Assembly (NCBI GenBank): GCA_964016885.1
Contig: OZ024741.1
Span: forward strand, 324,942,001 to 325,006,000
Length of the DNA: 64,000 nt
From: Eledone cirrhosa
Lineage: Eukaryota
Direction of reading: 5' to 3'
The translations under genes and the position numbers were made by a program. The stretch's first letter is position 1. Each line of letters begins with the position of its first letter. The notes beneath the pieces were generated by a model, which did no database searches, had not been told where the DNA came from, and saw only the letters and a program-made list of their open reading frames with translations. This document shows, piece by piece, positions 28,484 through 43,393 of the stretch.

Positions 28484-29133
28484 CTATGTGTGAGGTTGCG
28501 TGCGTATATTGGTTTCTAATTTAAGCATAAGGTCAGCAAAATTGAGGGTATGTTCATTAAATTAACCCCAGTTCTTGACAGGTACTTTTTTTTATCGACC
28601 CCGGAAGGGTGAAAGAGAAAGTTGGCCTTGGTGGTATTAAAAAGACAGAACAAATATCACAATGACATTTTAATCCGATGCTCTGACAATTCACCGCCAT
28701 TTGTGTGTGTTCGGGATCTGAAGAGCAAAGTAGTGGCTCATAAATATCTGACGTCCCTTCCTCACCTATAAAAATGCTCTCACCCCTCTTGAATTCATTG
28801 AGAAGAGCTCGTCACAACTCAAACCATTTTTAACCACAAGTAGGATTGTTCTCCATAGTAAAATTTCTCTCGGGGGGCTCTGAAGCCTCAGCATCATAAT
28901 TTATCCAATGAGGTTGCGTTCGTGAAATTGTGAAATCACTTGACCTACTAAAGATAACAGTTAGACCACCCTCAAATCACGCCAAATCGTATTTTTAAAA
29001 AAAAACGAAAAATAAACAAGAAAACAACAAAAGGAAATACATATACGATGATAATGTAATCCTTGTTATACCATACCTGGATAATAAAACAGACAGGGAG
29101 GTCCTGGCTAGAATGCCTTTCATCATGCTCTAC

Positions 29134-29225
<92 letters not shown>

Positions 29226-29449
29226 CGTGCTCATTTACTAGGTGTATTTTAGCTCAATGCAATGATAGGATCATGCAGAGCCGGTATATAGTTACTATGT
29301 GCTTATAAACCAAAAAGGTCAAGGCATTTAATCACTGATAATTGTTTCATCCCATAGTATTATACTACAGACACCAAATTGTTCTTTTTAATAATTTGCT
29401 ATTAAGATAAACTATAGGGATCATCGGAGTTCAATTAGAATCTAATGTC

Positions 29450-29950
29450 AAGACCCTCTTCAGCGCTACTGGTAATATGTAACCCAGTACAACGTGCATT
29501 GTCAGGCCATCGGCGACTAAACCGGCAACCCACCAAGCTTGCTTGGTGAGGAGGGTCATTTTGGACACCCCGCGGGATGAAAAACAAAAACCAGTCAAAG
29601 GGCGGAGGAACTCAGGAGAGTCAACGGCCATCCAATAAAGTTTTTTTTTTATTTCGTGGAGTAAGAGACTCCTAGACTTCATTAAGACTAGGCAAAGGTC
29701 ACTCTGATATAAAACCTGCGACTTCGTTTGCATCCAATGATGTAGACCAGTTCTTCTTTTTGGATAAATGCATCCGATGCTCAGAGAGTGGGATTGGCCC
29801 AGTGAAAAGCCTTTCCTCACTTAAAATAGCTTCAAGCACAGACATCACTTGATATGTGACATTTGTTTGTGATGTATGGCATTGCTGGCCATAGGCAAGT
29901 CCCTAGCAGGACTAAAAGGCCACGTCTATGATGTTCATGCTTAAGTATCA
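29450..29950 (+). mobile_element. Family C RTE-derived short element (diverged)
   Basis: Homologous 5' modules and a ...ctagcaggactaaaaggccac zinc-finger remnant. Confidence 0.7.
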
Positions 29951-30039
29951 AGCGATGGTATTGTATGTATGTATGTATGTATGTATGTATGTATGTATGT
30001 ATGTATGTATGTATGTATGTATGTATGTATGTATGTATG

Positions 30040-30424
30040 TATCATCTTGGTTAAGAGAGTGGGACTGGCTTTGTGCAGTGCCTTTGCTCACTATAAAAGC
30101 TTCACGGCACAGGCATTGCTTTATATCTGGAGATCTCTCTGCACTTGTCGTCACATGGTACCATGGGACCAGCACTATGTGTCAGTAATAGTCACAAGTG
30201 TAGTGTTTGTACCAGAGTTTTCAAGTCGCTGGCTGGACTAAAAAGTCACACTCGTTCAGCGCATCGGTAAGGGTTCTCCTACATGGATATAAAGTAGTGA
30301 CCGTACTCGAAAACGAGTTGGCAGTCACTATGTATGTATGTATGTATGTATGTATGTATGTATGTATGTATGTATGTATGTATGTATGTATGTATGTATG
30401 TATGTATGTATGTATGTATGTATG
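30040..30424 (+). mobile_element. Family B RTE-derived short element with (TATG)n tail
   Basis: Collinear, 5'-truncated. Confidence 0.85.
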
Positions 30425-31445
30425 AGGGAGCTTATAGATAGGACAACATACGCTGTCTTTTCGTGGGGTAAGTTTTTAATTAATTTTTATATTCTGAAAC
30501 ATCAAAATGCAACAACTTTTTGGTCACTGGACTCGGGAATGTCACGATAGAAGTTTGTGGAAGTTACACAAATATTTTAGTATATTTTAGCAGAGCAATC
30601 CTTATTTATATCTTACATTTTACATTTACTTACATCTCAATATAACATGGCTAAAATTCAAATTTTGCAAAGAGAAGAAAACGGTCAAATGAACTAGATA
30701 CATCTCACTGTCCCCACCACCACCACAATAACGTCTACACTCTCTCCCCACCATCACATGTCATTACCATACCATACCCTATCTAGACTAAAGTCATCGA
30801 CTTGTTGTCAAACTCTCTACTCTCTGTTGAATGTGTATATATATATATATATGTGTGTATATACATCACTCAGTCAAACGACCAGATTTCAACCCCAACA
30901 TCTACAACAACAACAACACCGGCACTAATGTTTACAGCAACAACAGCTTCAGAATGAACTGAAATGAACATTTACAACAACAACAACAGCGGCATCAAAA
31001 CATAAAAAAAGGAAGGGAAAAGAAAAGAAAAGAAAAGGGAAGGGAAGGAAAAAAAAAAAACTCAAAATAACAAAACACACACACACACACACGCACACAA
31101 CACAACAACAACATCAACTGCCACCACCACCACCACCGCCACCGCCGCCGCCATCACCAGCGACCGGGCCTTAAGAAAACAACTTTAATAATAATTTTTC
31201 TGCTTTTGGCACAGATCCAGCGACTGGCCCAGCGCATCACTGGTACTCTCTTTTGTTGACTCCGTGGGGATGAAGGGCAAGGTTGATCTCGGCGGGATTT
31301 GAGCTCAGAGCGTGGGGAGCCATAACTCTATGCTGTAAAGCAATTATAATAATACTGGACTGTAATACGATCGGCTTCAACTATACAAACTCTTGAAAGT
31401 CAACAGTTGACATAATCTTGTAATCTTGTATCAGTAATGACGGTA

Positions 31446-31480
<35 letters not shown>

Positions 31481-31494
31481 AGTGCGTGTAAGTG

Positions 31495-31960
31495 AGTAGA
31501 GTAGCGTGTGTGTGTGTTTGTTTGTATGTATGTGTTGCTGTGTGCGCGCATATGTATGCGTGTGTGTGTATGTCGTACGTATAAGTGTCAATAAGTGAGT
31601 TTTTTTTTTTTTTTTTTTTTTGCGCGCGGGGACATAGAAATAATCGGGCTGGATGCCCGATCGCGCAGTTAAACCACTGGGAGTGAAGAACCCCTAGCCC
31701 TTGTCAGGGCATTCTTCTAGGAGAAGGCATCTCAGGAAACTGGGTTAACTCCGATAAAAAACCTGCGGCTCAGTAGTTACCGATGATGTTGATCTTTTCT
31801 TCTTTTCGGGTTATAGCTACTGTCGCTCAGAGAGTGGGATTGGCTCAGTGCACAGTCTTTCCTCACTTTAAAAATATTCGTCACGCACAGGCATTGCACG
31901 AGTGCATTAATAATTATTAATAGTGTACTACTATTATTATTATTATTATTACAATTATTA

Positions 31961-31992
<32 letters not shown>

Positions 31993-34900
31993 CCAATTCA
32001 ATGATGTTCCAGAACAATGTAAAAGAGATAATTGGCAATTTAGGTTCTGGAACAAAAAAGATCATTGGCAATAAGGGCAGGGGCCCCAAGTTATCACAGC
32101 CTGGGCCCGCTCGTCATCGTGCCATTGTAATAGAGCCAAACAAGGCATTTAGTCTTGGCTGCTGGAACGTACGGACGCTGCTTGACAGGGATTCCTTGGA
32201 GCGTCCTGAACGAAGGACCGCTCTTGTTGCAAAGGAGCTTCGACGTTACGATCTTGACACGTGGCTTTATCTGAGACGAGGTTAGCTGGAGATGGTCATC
32301 TTACGGAATTTTGTGGAGAATATACATTCTTCTGGAAAGGAAGAGATGAAGGAACCAGAAGAGAGGCTGGGGTAGGATTTGCTGTTAAGACTGTACTTGT
32401 GAATAAATTAGAAGAATTCCCAGTAGGGATTAGTGAGCGTCTTATGTCCATGAGAGTTCCGCTGGACAAAGGAAGATATGCTACCCTGGTGAGTGTGTAT
32501 GCTCCAACTATGAATTCTGTCGATGAAGAAAAACTGTCCTTTTACCATGCCTTGAAAGGTGTTCTAAGAAATATCCCTCAGGCAGACAAAGTCATCGTGC
32601 TTGGTGACTTTAATGCTAGAGTGGGTAGGGATTTTAACACATGGAATGTAATCGGAAGGCATGGGGTAGGAAAGTGTAACAGCAATGGTATGCTCCTGCT
32701 GCAGATGTGTGAGGAGCTGGATCTGTGTGTTACCAACACCATGTTCGAACAAAATAACAAATTCAAGACCACATGGATGCATCCTGCATCTAAGGAATGG
32801 CATCTTTTGGACTACGTCCTAGTCAGGATGCGTGACAGACAGGATGTGCAGTGTGTTCGTGTTCTTCGTGGAGCTGAGTGCTGGACGGACCACCGCCTGG
32901 TACGCGCAAAAGTGAAACTAATCACCAAACGTAAAATCCGGGCTCCTGGTGTTACCCTGCCCAAAAGATTGAATGCTGCTCGTCTTAAGGATAAAAATGT
33001 GAAGAGGACATTGGAAGAAGAGATGCAGGCTGCAGATCTTGGTGAGGATTGGCCGACCCTTAAAAAGTCGGTTTATGATGTAGGCAGGCGTGTTCTGGGA
33101 TTGGTGCAGAGAAAACATCAGGACTGGTTTAATGAGAATGATGTACATATAGAAGACTTGTTGGCTGATAAGAGGCGTGCTCTGTCACGCTACTTGACGG
33201 CAAAACCACAGGAGAGGAATACGTTGCATGAGGAGCTCAGGGATGTAAAATCACGTGTTAGGCGGAGTCTTTCTCAGATGAAGGATCAGTGGTGGAGTGA
33301 GAAGGCTGGTGAGATACAAACTGCGTCTGATTCCAATAACACAAAGCTGTTGTACAGTCTCTTGCGTGAGGTTTATGGACCGTCTTCTTCTCTGGTGACA
33401 CCGATTCGCAGCAAGGATGGCAAAGAACTTCTTCGTGACTCACAGGGAATTCTACGAAGGTGGCGAGAGCACTTTGATGATCTTTTGAATCAGCCGTCTG
33501 CCGTCAGTGAAGATTTCCTCAATCTCATTCCAGAAAGTCCTGTGAAAGTAGCTCTCGCAGAACCTCCGACGCTTGTGGAGGTTGCAGTGGCTATTTCGAA
33601 GCTGAACAGTGGAAGATCTCCAGGTATGGATGGCATACATGCTGAGCTCCTACAATATGGTGGTGAGAGACTCCTGCAACATCTGCACTTTTTGTTTGGA
33701 AGGATATGGGCTAATGAATCCGTACCTGAGGACTGGAGAGATGCAGTAATGGTGGTCTTGTACAAGGAAAAGGGTAACAGGAATGATTGTGGGAACTACA
33801 GAGGTATATCATTGCTTTCTGTCGTAGGGAAAGTTTTATGTAGGGTGCTTCTGGACCGTCTGCTGACACACATTGCAGATTGTGTTCTTCCTGAAAGTCA
33901 ATCTGGTTTTTGTGCTGGACGCGGCACTACTGATATGATCTTCTCAGCTAGACAGCTTCAGGAGAAGTGCATTGAACAGGGCTTGGATCTGTATCAGGTT
34001 TTTGTCGATCTGACAAAGGCTTTCGATACTGTCAACAGAGAGGCATTATGGAAGGTTCTCCAGAAACTTGGTTGCCCTGATAAGTTCCTTGCTTTAGTTA
34101 GGTCTTTCCATGACGACATGAAGGCTTGGGTTAATGTCGGAGGTAACATGTCGGAGCCTATCTCAGTAAAAAATGGAGTGAAACAGGGGGATATTCCAGC
34201 ACCGACCCTGTTTGCCATATACTTTGCAATGGTTTTCTGTATTGCATTCAGGAATTGCGAGCATGGTGTTTACATCCGATATCGAACCTCAGGCAGCATA
34301 TTTAACATCAGGCGCTTTGCTGCGAAGACAAAAGTATTTACATCAATCATAAGAGACCTCTTGTATGCAGATGATTGCGATCTTGTAGCGCACACAGAGA
34401 GTGATATGCAGTACATTTTGAATGCATTTTCTGACGCTTGCACTGCCCTGGGTTTGACTGTCAGTCTCAAGAAAACCGTCGTCATGTACCAACCTGCCCC
34501 TAGTAAGCAGTACACTGAACCAAACATCTATGTGTATGGCAAACGACTTGGAGTGGTTGATCAGTTTGTCTACCTGGGAAGCACTGTCAATCGATACAGC
34601 AACCTTGACAGTGAAATCTCACTTAGGATTAGGAAAGCAAGTGATGCTTTCGGAAAGCTAGAAAGGCGACTCTGGGGTCGGCGAGACATATGCAGGAGGA
34701 CAAAGGTAAAGGTGTATAGGGCATGTGTGCTCTCTTGTCTTCTTTATGCCTGCGAGACCTGGGTCACATATCGACACCACCTTAAGCAATTGGAGCGTTT
34801 CCATCAGATGTGTCTCAGACGGATCCATGGCGTTCACTGGAGGGACCACATCAGTGATGTCGAGATTTTGGAAAGCTCTATGTGTGACAGTATAGAAGCT

Positions 34901-35550
34901 CTTGTGCTTAAGCAACGACTCCGTTGGAGTGGTCACCTTGCCAGGATGAAGGATTCTAGAATACCAAAACAACTCTTCTATGGAGAGTTGGTTAAAGGAA
35001 AACGACCGCCACATAAACCAAAAAAGAGGTATAAGGATTCCTTGAAAGCCTCTCTGAAAGACGCTAACATCTCTGCTGATACATGGGGAAATATTGCTGC
35101 TGATCGTAATAAATGGAGAAAGACTGTATATGAGGGAAAAGTTGCCTTTGAGGCATCTCGAATCGCACACGAGAAAGTAAAGCGGGATGTGAGGAAGGAC
35201 ATTGCTGTTGCATTTCCAGACGGCGAGGGTCCTCCTATGGTGCTGACATGCAGCGTCTGTGCGAGACTCTGCCTAAGCAAAGCTGGACTCGAAAGTCATC
35301 TTCGCAGTCATAAAGTAAGACCTGTGGTTGACTACCAGGCTGCTGTTGGAGATGCTACTCATCATGCTTGCCAAACATGTGGTAGAGAATGTAAATCAGC
35401 AGGAGGGCTCAAGCGACATGCAAAAGTACACGAACTCCAACCACAGCCGACTATTCCCAGTGAATGTTTTGGTTGCCGACTCTGTGCAAGACATTTTAGA
35501 TCATTGGCTGGGCTAAAAAGCCACATTCGATCGCAGCACTTTTGTCGTTA

Positions 35551-35600
<50 letters not shown>

Positions 35601-35759
35601 GCTTATGTGCGTGCGTGTGTGTGTATACATATATGAATATGTATATTATTATTGTTGTTGTCGTTATTATTATTATTGCTATTATTATTATTATTATTAT
35701 TGTTATTAATGTATGTGTGTGTGTATATGTGTGTGTGTATGTGTATGTATGTGTGTATG

Positions 35760-35826
<67 letters not shown>

Positions 35827-35827
35827 C

Positions 35828-35866
<39 letters not shown>

Positions 35867-35997
35867 TTATTTTATTTTATTTTTAATTTATTTTTTTTTT
35901 TTTCTTCTCGTGCAATGGGCATACTCGATAACGAGGGGGCAGCCATCATGTATGTATGTATGTATGTATGTATGTATGTATGTATGTATGTATGTAT
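31495..35997 (+). mobile_element. Near-full-length RTE LINE, copy 1
   Basis: Reverse complement of 43059-47590 including UTR microsatellites; ends gggcagccatc(atgt)n. Confidence 0.93.
32001..35596 (+). pseudogene. RTE ORF with 1-nt frameshift near 32259 and lost native stop codon
   Basis: ATG at 32001 (MMFQNNV) matches copy 2; gacacgtg versus gacatcgtg (T missing); remaining 1111 aa open and reads into (GT)n; substitutions YKGKG>YKEKG and GFR>GFC. Confidence 0.9.
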
Positions 35998-36375
35998 GGC
36001 GGAAGAACTCATAAGAGTCAACGGCCATCCGAAAGTGTGTAAATATGTATATACACATGTACCGCACAGTTAGACCACTGGGAGTGAAGGGCCCCTAACC
36101 TTTTTCAGGGCATTCTTCTAGGAGAAGGCAACTCAGGAAACTGGGATAACTCCGATATAAAATCTGCGGTTCAGTAGTTTCCGATGATGTTGATCTCTTC
36201 TTCTTTTCGGGTTATAACTACTGTCGCTCAGAGAGTGGGATTGGCTCAGTGCACAGTCTTTCCTCACTTTAAAAAAACTCTTCACGCACAGGCATTGCAC
36301 GATGGCATTAATTGATAATTATTAATAATGTTATATCATGCAATGGCCATACTCGATAACGAGGGGATTGCCATC

Positions 36376-36377
<2 letters not shown>
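35998..36377 (+). mobile_element. Family A short element
   Basis: Same 5'UTR/3'-end fusion as 12905-13258. Confidence 0.85.
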
Positions 36378-36408
<31 letters not shown>

Positions 36409-36460
36409 TGTATGTATGTATGTATGTATGTATGTATGTATTATGTATGTATGTATGTAT

Positions 36461-37116
36461 GCATTGCTTTATATCTGGAAATCTCTCTGCACTTGTCATC
36501 ACATGGTACCATGGTCCCAGCACTATGTGTCAATAATTGTCACAAGTGTAGTGTTTGTACCAGAGTTTTCAAGTCGCTGGCTGGACTAAAAAGTCACTCT
36601 CGTTCAGCGCATCGGTAGGGGTTCTCCTACATGGATATAAAGTAGTGGCCGTACTCGAAAACGAGTTGGCAGCCACCATGTATATGTATGTATGTATGTA
36701 TGTCCGGGAGAGATGACCCCTTAGCCTTTGTCAAGGCAGAATTCTAGGAGAAGGAAAACTCTGATATAACACCTGCAACTCTGATGGTATCCAATGATGT
36801 TGACTTGTTCTTCTTTTTGGTAAATATCATCTTGGTTAAGAGAGTGGGACTGGCTTTGTGCAGTGCCTTTGCTCACTATAAAAGCTTCACGGCACAGGCA
36901 TTGCTTTATATCTGGAGATCTCTCTACACTTGTCGTCACATGGTACCATGGCCTAGCACTATGTGTCAATAATTGTCACAAGTGTAGTGTTTGTACCAGA
37001 GTTTTCAAGTCGCTGGCTGGACTAAAAAGTCACACTCGTTCAGCACATCAGTAGGGGTTCTCCTACATGGATATAAAGTAGTGGCCGTACTCGAAAACGA
37101 GTTGGCAGCCACCATG
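36461..37116 (+). mobile_element. Two tandem family B elements (36461-36680, 36704-37116)
   Basis: Each ends gcagccaccatgtat. Confidence 0.85.
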
Positions 37117-37138
37117 TATGTATATGCATATATATATA

Positions 37139-37172
<34 letters not shown>

Positions 37173-38242
37173 CATACATATGCATATATACATACATACA
37201 TATATACGTATGCATATATACATACATATTATTCATATATACATACATATATACGTATATATATATATATATACGTATATATATATATATACGTATATAT
37301 ATATATATATGTATGTATATATGCATAACAACAATATAATTATAGAAATCGTCATAGAATCACGGGTTTCTGACAATAGATGACAGCAACAACAACAACA
37401 ATAACAGCAGCAACAACAACAACAATAACAACAGCAACAGCAGCAATAATAACAACAACAACAGCAGCAGCAATAATAACAACTGCAACAGCAACAACAA
37501 TAAAGCGAGAATCAGTGAGATGATGAAGTCAGTAAGTAGGTAGTAGGTAGTTGTGAGCCGTCTAATTAATACTTGCTCAAGGTTTTAAGTAAATAAGTAC
37601 ATCTTGTTAATAAGCAAAGTCACAGGTAACTTGGAGTGACTAATATATGGAACTGCACATAACTAAGAACACACACATCACGTACATACATACATACATA
37701 CATACATACATACATACATACATACATACATACATACGTACGTAGGTACATATATACATACATATATACATACATACTGACATATATACTTACATACCTA
37801 CATACATACATACTGACATATATACATACATACTTACATACATACATACGTACATACATATATACATACTGACATATACACATACATACGTACGTACATA
37901 CATACATATGCACACACACACACACACATATGCACACATTTACTCACTCACACACATATATACACATACATATGCACACATTCACACAAACACACATACC
38001 CATTCACACACATACATTCACACACATACACACATATATTCACTCACACATATATAAACATGTATATGTTATATAGATATATACGTTACTATATATACAC
38101 TAGCACACTTCCTTGTATCTGATCTCTAGTGTTGCAATGGTCTTATAACTCTTGTGTTTGTCATTGTATTTTATTCTAGTTCAGTGGTTCTCAGAAACCC
38201 AGATCACATTCCTCTTTCTTCCATTCTTAGGTTCCCTTAATT

Positions 38243-38562
38243 CAGGGTTTCCCAACCTGTGCGATTTCAACTGTTGGGTGGGCGATGAGCAAGTGAACAG
38301 AAAATGGTGGGCGACTGGAAATTTTGGAGGGTGATATAGGATTTTGAGTATTAAGAAGCTATTTCAACATATGCTACCCCAAAATAAATATTCGAAAGAG
38401 ATATGCAAAGAACCTGTATAAGAAAAAATACAGGAGACTAAATGGGAATAACGATACAGTAAAATAATTTTTACCAAACATTTTTGGTATGCTTTGGAAT
38501 ATTTACTTTACAGTTTTCCATATGAGAGTGGGTGATGAAGCAAAAATGGTTGGGAACCCTTG
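38243..38562. mobile_element. hAT MITE
   Basis: TIR cagggtttcccaacc / ggttgggaacccttg; perfect 8-bp TSD ccttaatt. Confidence 0.88.
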
Positions 38563-38857
38563 CCTTAATTCCTCTACTTTGTATTGTCATCAAGTAATTT
38601 TTCACCCGAACACCATATTAAACATGAACAAGCAGGCCTAGACTTTTATTTGCTGAGGCCCTCAGCTAGATCAAATCTGAGGCCCTGATTTTTTTTAATG
38701 ATTTAGTGTTAAAGAATTAAAACTAATGATAAAATGAAAAATATATATTTTAAAATGATTCCTCCTGGTAATATATACAAGGTACACTTTTCAAACCCCC
38801 TTTTTTTTATCATTTTCCTTATATAACGTGATCTGTGTAGAACGTCCACACTTTTTT

Positions 38858-38888
<31 letters not shown>

Positions 38889-38934
38889 TCATATATATAT
38901 ATTTAAAAAAAGGATCGATCGACTTTCGTCAAAT

Positions 38935-39131
38935 CGGACCGAGGAAACAATGTTTTTCGTCCGTCTTTCCAGTTGCTAATACTATCTATCGGTCGCAACT
39001 CCAGGTAGAAGGAGCAACGTGAAATAAAGTGTCTTGCTCAAGGACATAACGCATCGCCCGGTCCAAGAATCGAACTCACAATCGCAAGATTGTGAATCTA
39101 ATTCCTCTAACCACTCAGCCCACACGCCTTC
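38935..39131 (-). mobile_element. Second tRNA-derived SINE family (related pieces at 21030-21200 -, 26515-26620 +, 22645-22900 +, 3' stub 42100-42157)
   Basis: Minus strand ggcgtgtggctgagtggttagag (A box), gagttcgattc (B box), tgtccttgagcaagacacttta core. Confidence 0.65.
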
Positions 39132-39204
39132 ACTATATATATAACGAGGGGGCAGCCATCATGTATGTATGGATGCATGCATGTATGTATGTATATACAC
39201 ACAC

Positions 39205-39267
<63 letters not shown>

Positions 39268-39279
39268 GAAAAATTGAAC

Positions 39280-40030
39280 AGGAACAAAACAGAGAGGCAG
39301 TACAACGAATGTTTATTAATTTCACGCTCTTGAGAGTGGGGTGGGGAACGACGTTTCGGGCATAAGCCCTTCTTCAGGTGAAAAGTGAGTGGGAAGAGAG
39401 TTCAAAGGGTGTATAGGGGAGTGGTGGAGAGACATATAGCAAAAAGGGGGTGAGAGGAAACGGTGCAAATGAAATTAAAAATAAAGGCATGATCAAAATA
39501 AAATTAAAATGAGGTAAAACAGGTGGTGGAAGGGTGTGGGGCGTGTAGTGGTGGTGGCGGGTGGAGTGGGGAGAGGGAGACAGGGTGTCCGAGCGGGGAG
39601 GGCTGAAGGTGGTGTGTGTGTGTAGGTGTACGTGTGTGTGTGTGTGTGTGTGTATGTGAAAGCAAGGGTTGGGAGAAGAACGGGGTTGCATGTTCAGGAA
39701 GAGGTGTGTGTGGGTCGGAGTGTGTGTGCGTGTGTGGATTGAGGGGGGGGGGAAGGAATCCGGAGGCTGAATGTGTAAATATGTGGTGGAACGCACGTGT
39801 GTGTGTGGTGTTTAAGCGTGTTGTGGGTGTAGGTGGCGTGTGGGAAAAAAATTTGGGGGTGTGTGTGTGGGTGAGTCATAAAGGTGATTCCGTAAGGAGA
39901 TGTGGTAGAATGCTTGGTAAAATCCTAGGATGGTAGTTGATTCCGGGGTCAAGGTTCAGATACGTGTAATCCGTGAAGAGATTGGTCGGAAGAGGGGAGA
40001 AGTGGGGTGCGCGCGCAACAGGAAGTGGTC
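39280..40030 (-). mobile_element. Old Penelope-like (Neptune-type) 3' remnant with hammerhead
   Basis: Frameshifted PVAR..HFS / SDQSLHGLHVS / TTSPYGI resembles the end of a GIY-YIG domain; C/A-rich UTR; CTGAAGA..GAAACGTC core. Confidence 0.55.
39347..39380 (-). ncRNA. Ultra-minimal hammerhead
   Basis: ac-CTGAAGA-a-gggc(ttat)gccc-GAAA-cg-TC-gt; stem I only 2 bp. Confidence 0.55.
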
Positions 40031-40292
40031 ATATATATATATAAGTATGTATAGGGAAACGATGGTTGCCGAACACTGTACGGCTTAACTCGGGCTGTTT
40101 GTTTACAAACAAACCGAACATTGTAATAAATGTTCGGTAAACCCATACGTAGATATATATATGTGTGCATGTTTGTATATATATACATACTACTGTACGT
40201 CTGAATACATATATGTATGTACGTATACATACTTATATTTAAGTATCAGCCGTACTAAGAGTGACAAATGAAATTTCGTTTCATTCTTTTCC

Positions 40293-40376
<84 letters not shown>

Positions 40377-40422
40377 TATATATATAAAATATATATTTTC
40401 ATTTTATCATTAGTTTTAATAG

Positions 40423-40479
<57 letters not shown>

Positions 40480-40511
40480 GGAAAAGAATGAAACGAAATT
40501 TCATTTGTCAC

Positions 40512-43058
<2,547 letters not shown>

Positions 43059-43060
<2 letters not shown>

Positions 43061-43118
43061 GATGGCTGCCCCCTCGTTATCGAGTATGGCCATTGCACAA
43101 AAAAAAAAAAAAAAAAAA

Positions 43119-43169
<51 letters not shown>

Positions 43170-43195
43170 AAAAAAAAAAAAAAAAAAGGGAAAAG

Positions 43196-43228
<33 letters not shown>

Positions 43229-43350
43229 TATACACATACATATACATACACATATATATACACACACACATACATACACATACATACATATATACACGCA
43301 CACATACATACACATACACTCACACATATATACACACATACATTAATAAC

Positions 43351-43393
<43 letters not shown>

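Noticed and set aside
32564-35280. Antisense ORFs inside the RTEs, mirrored at 43780-46496
   Set aside because: Shared only because the copies are nearly identical; no recognisable domains
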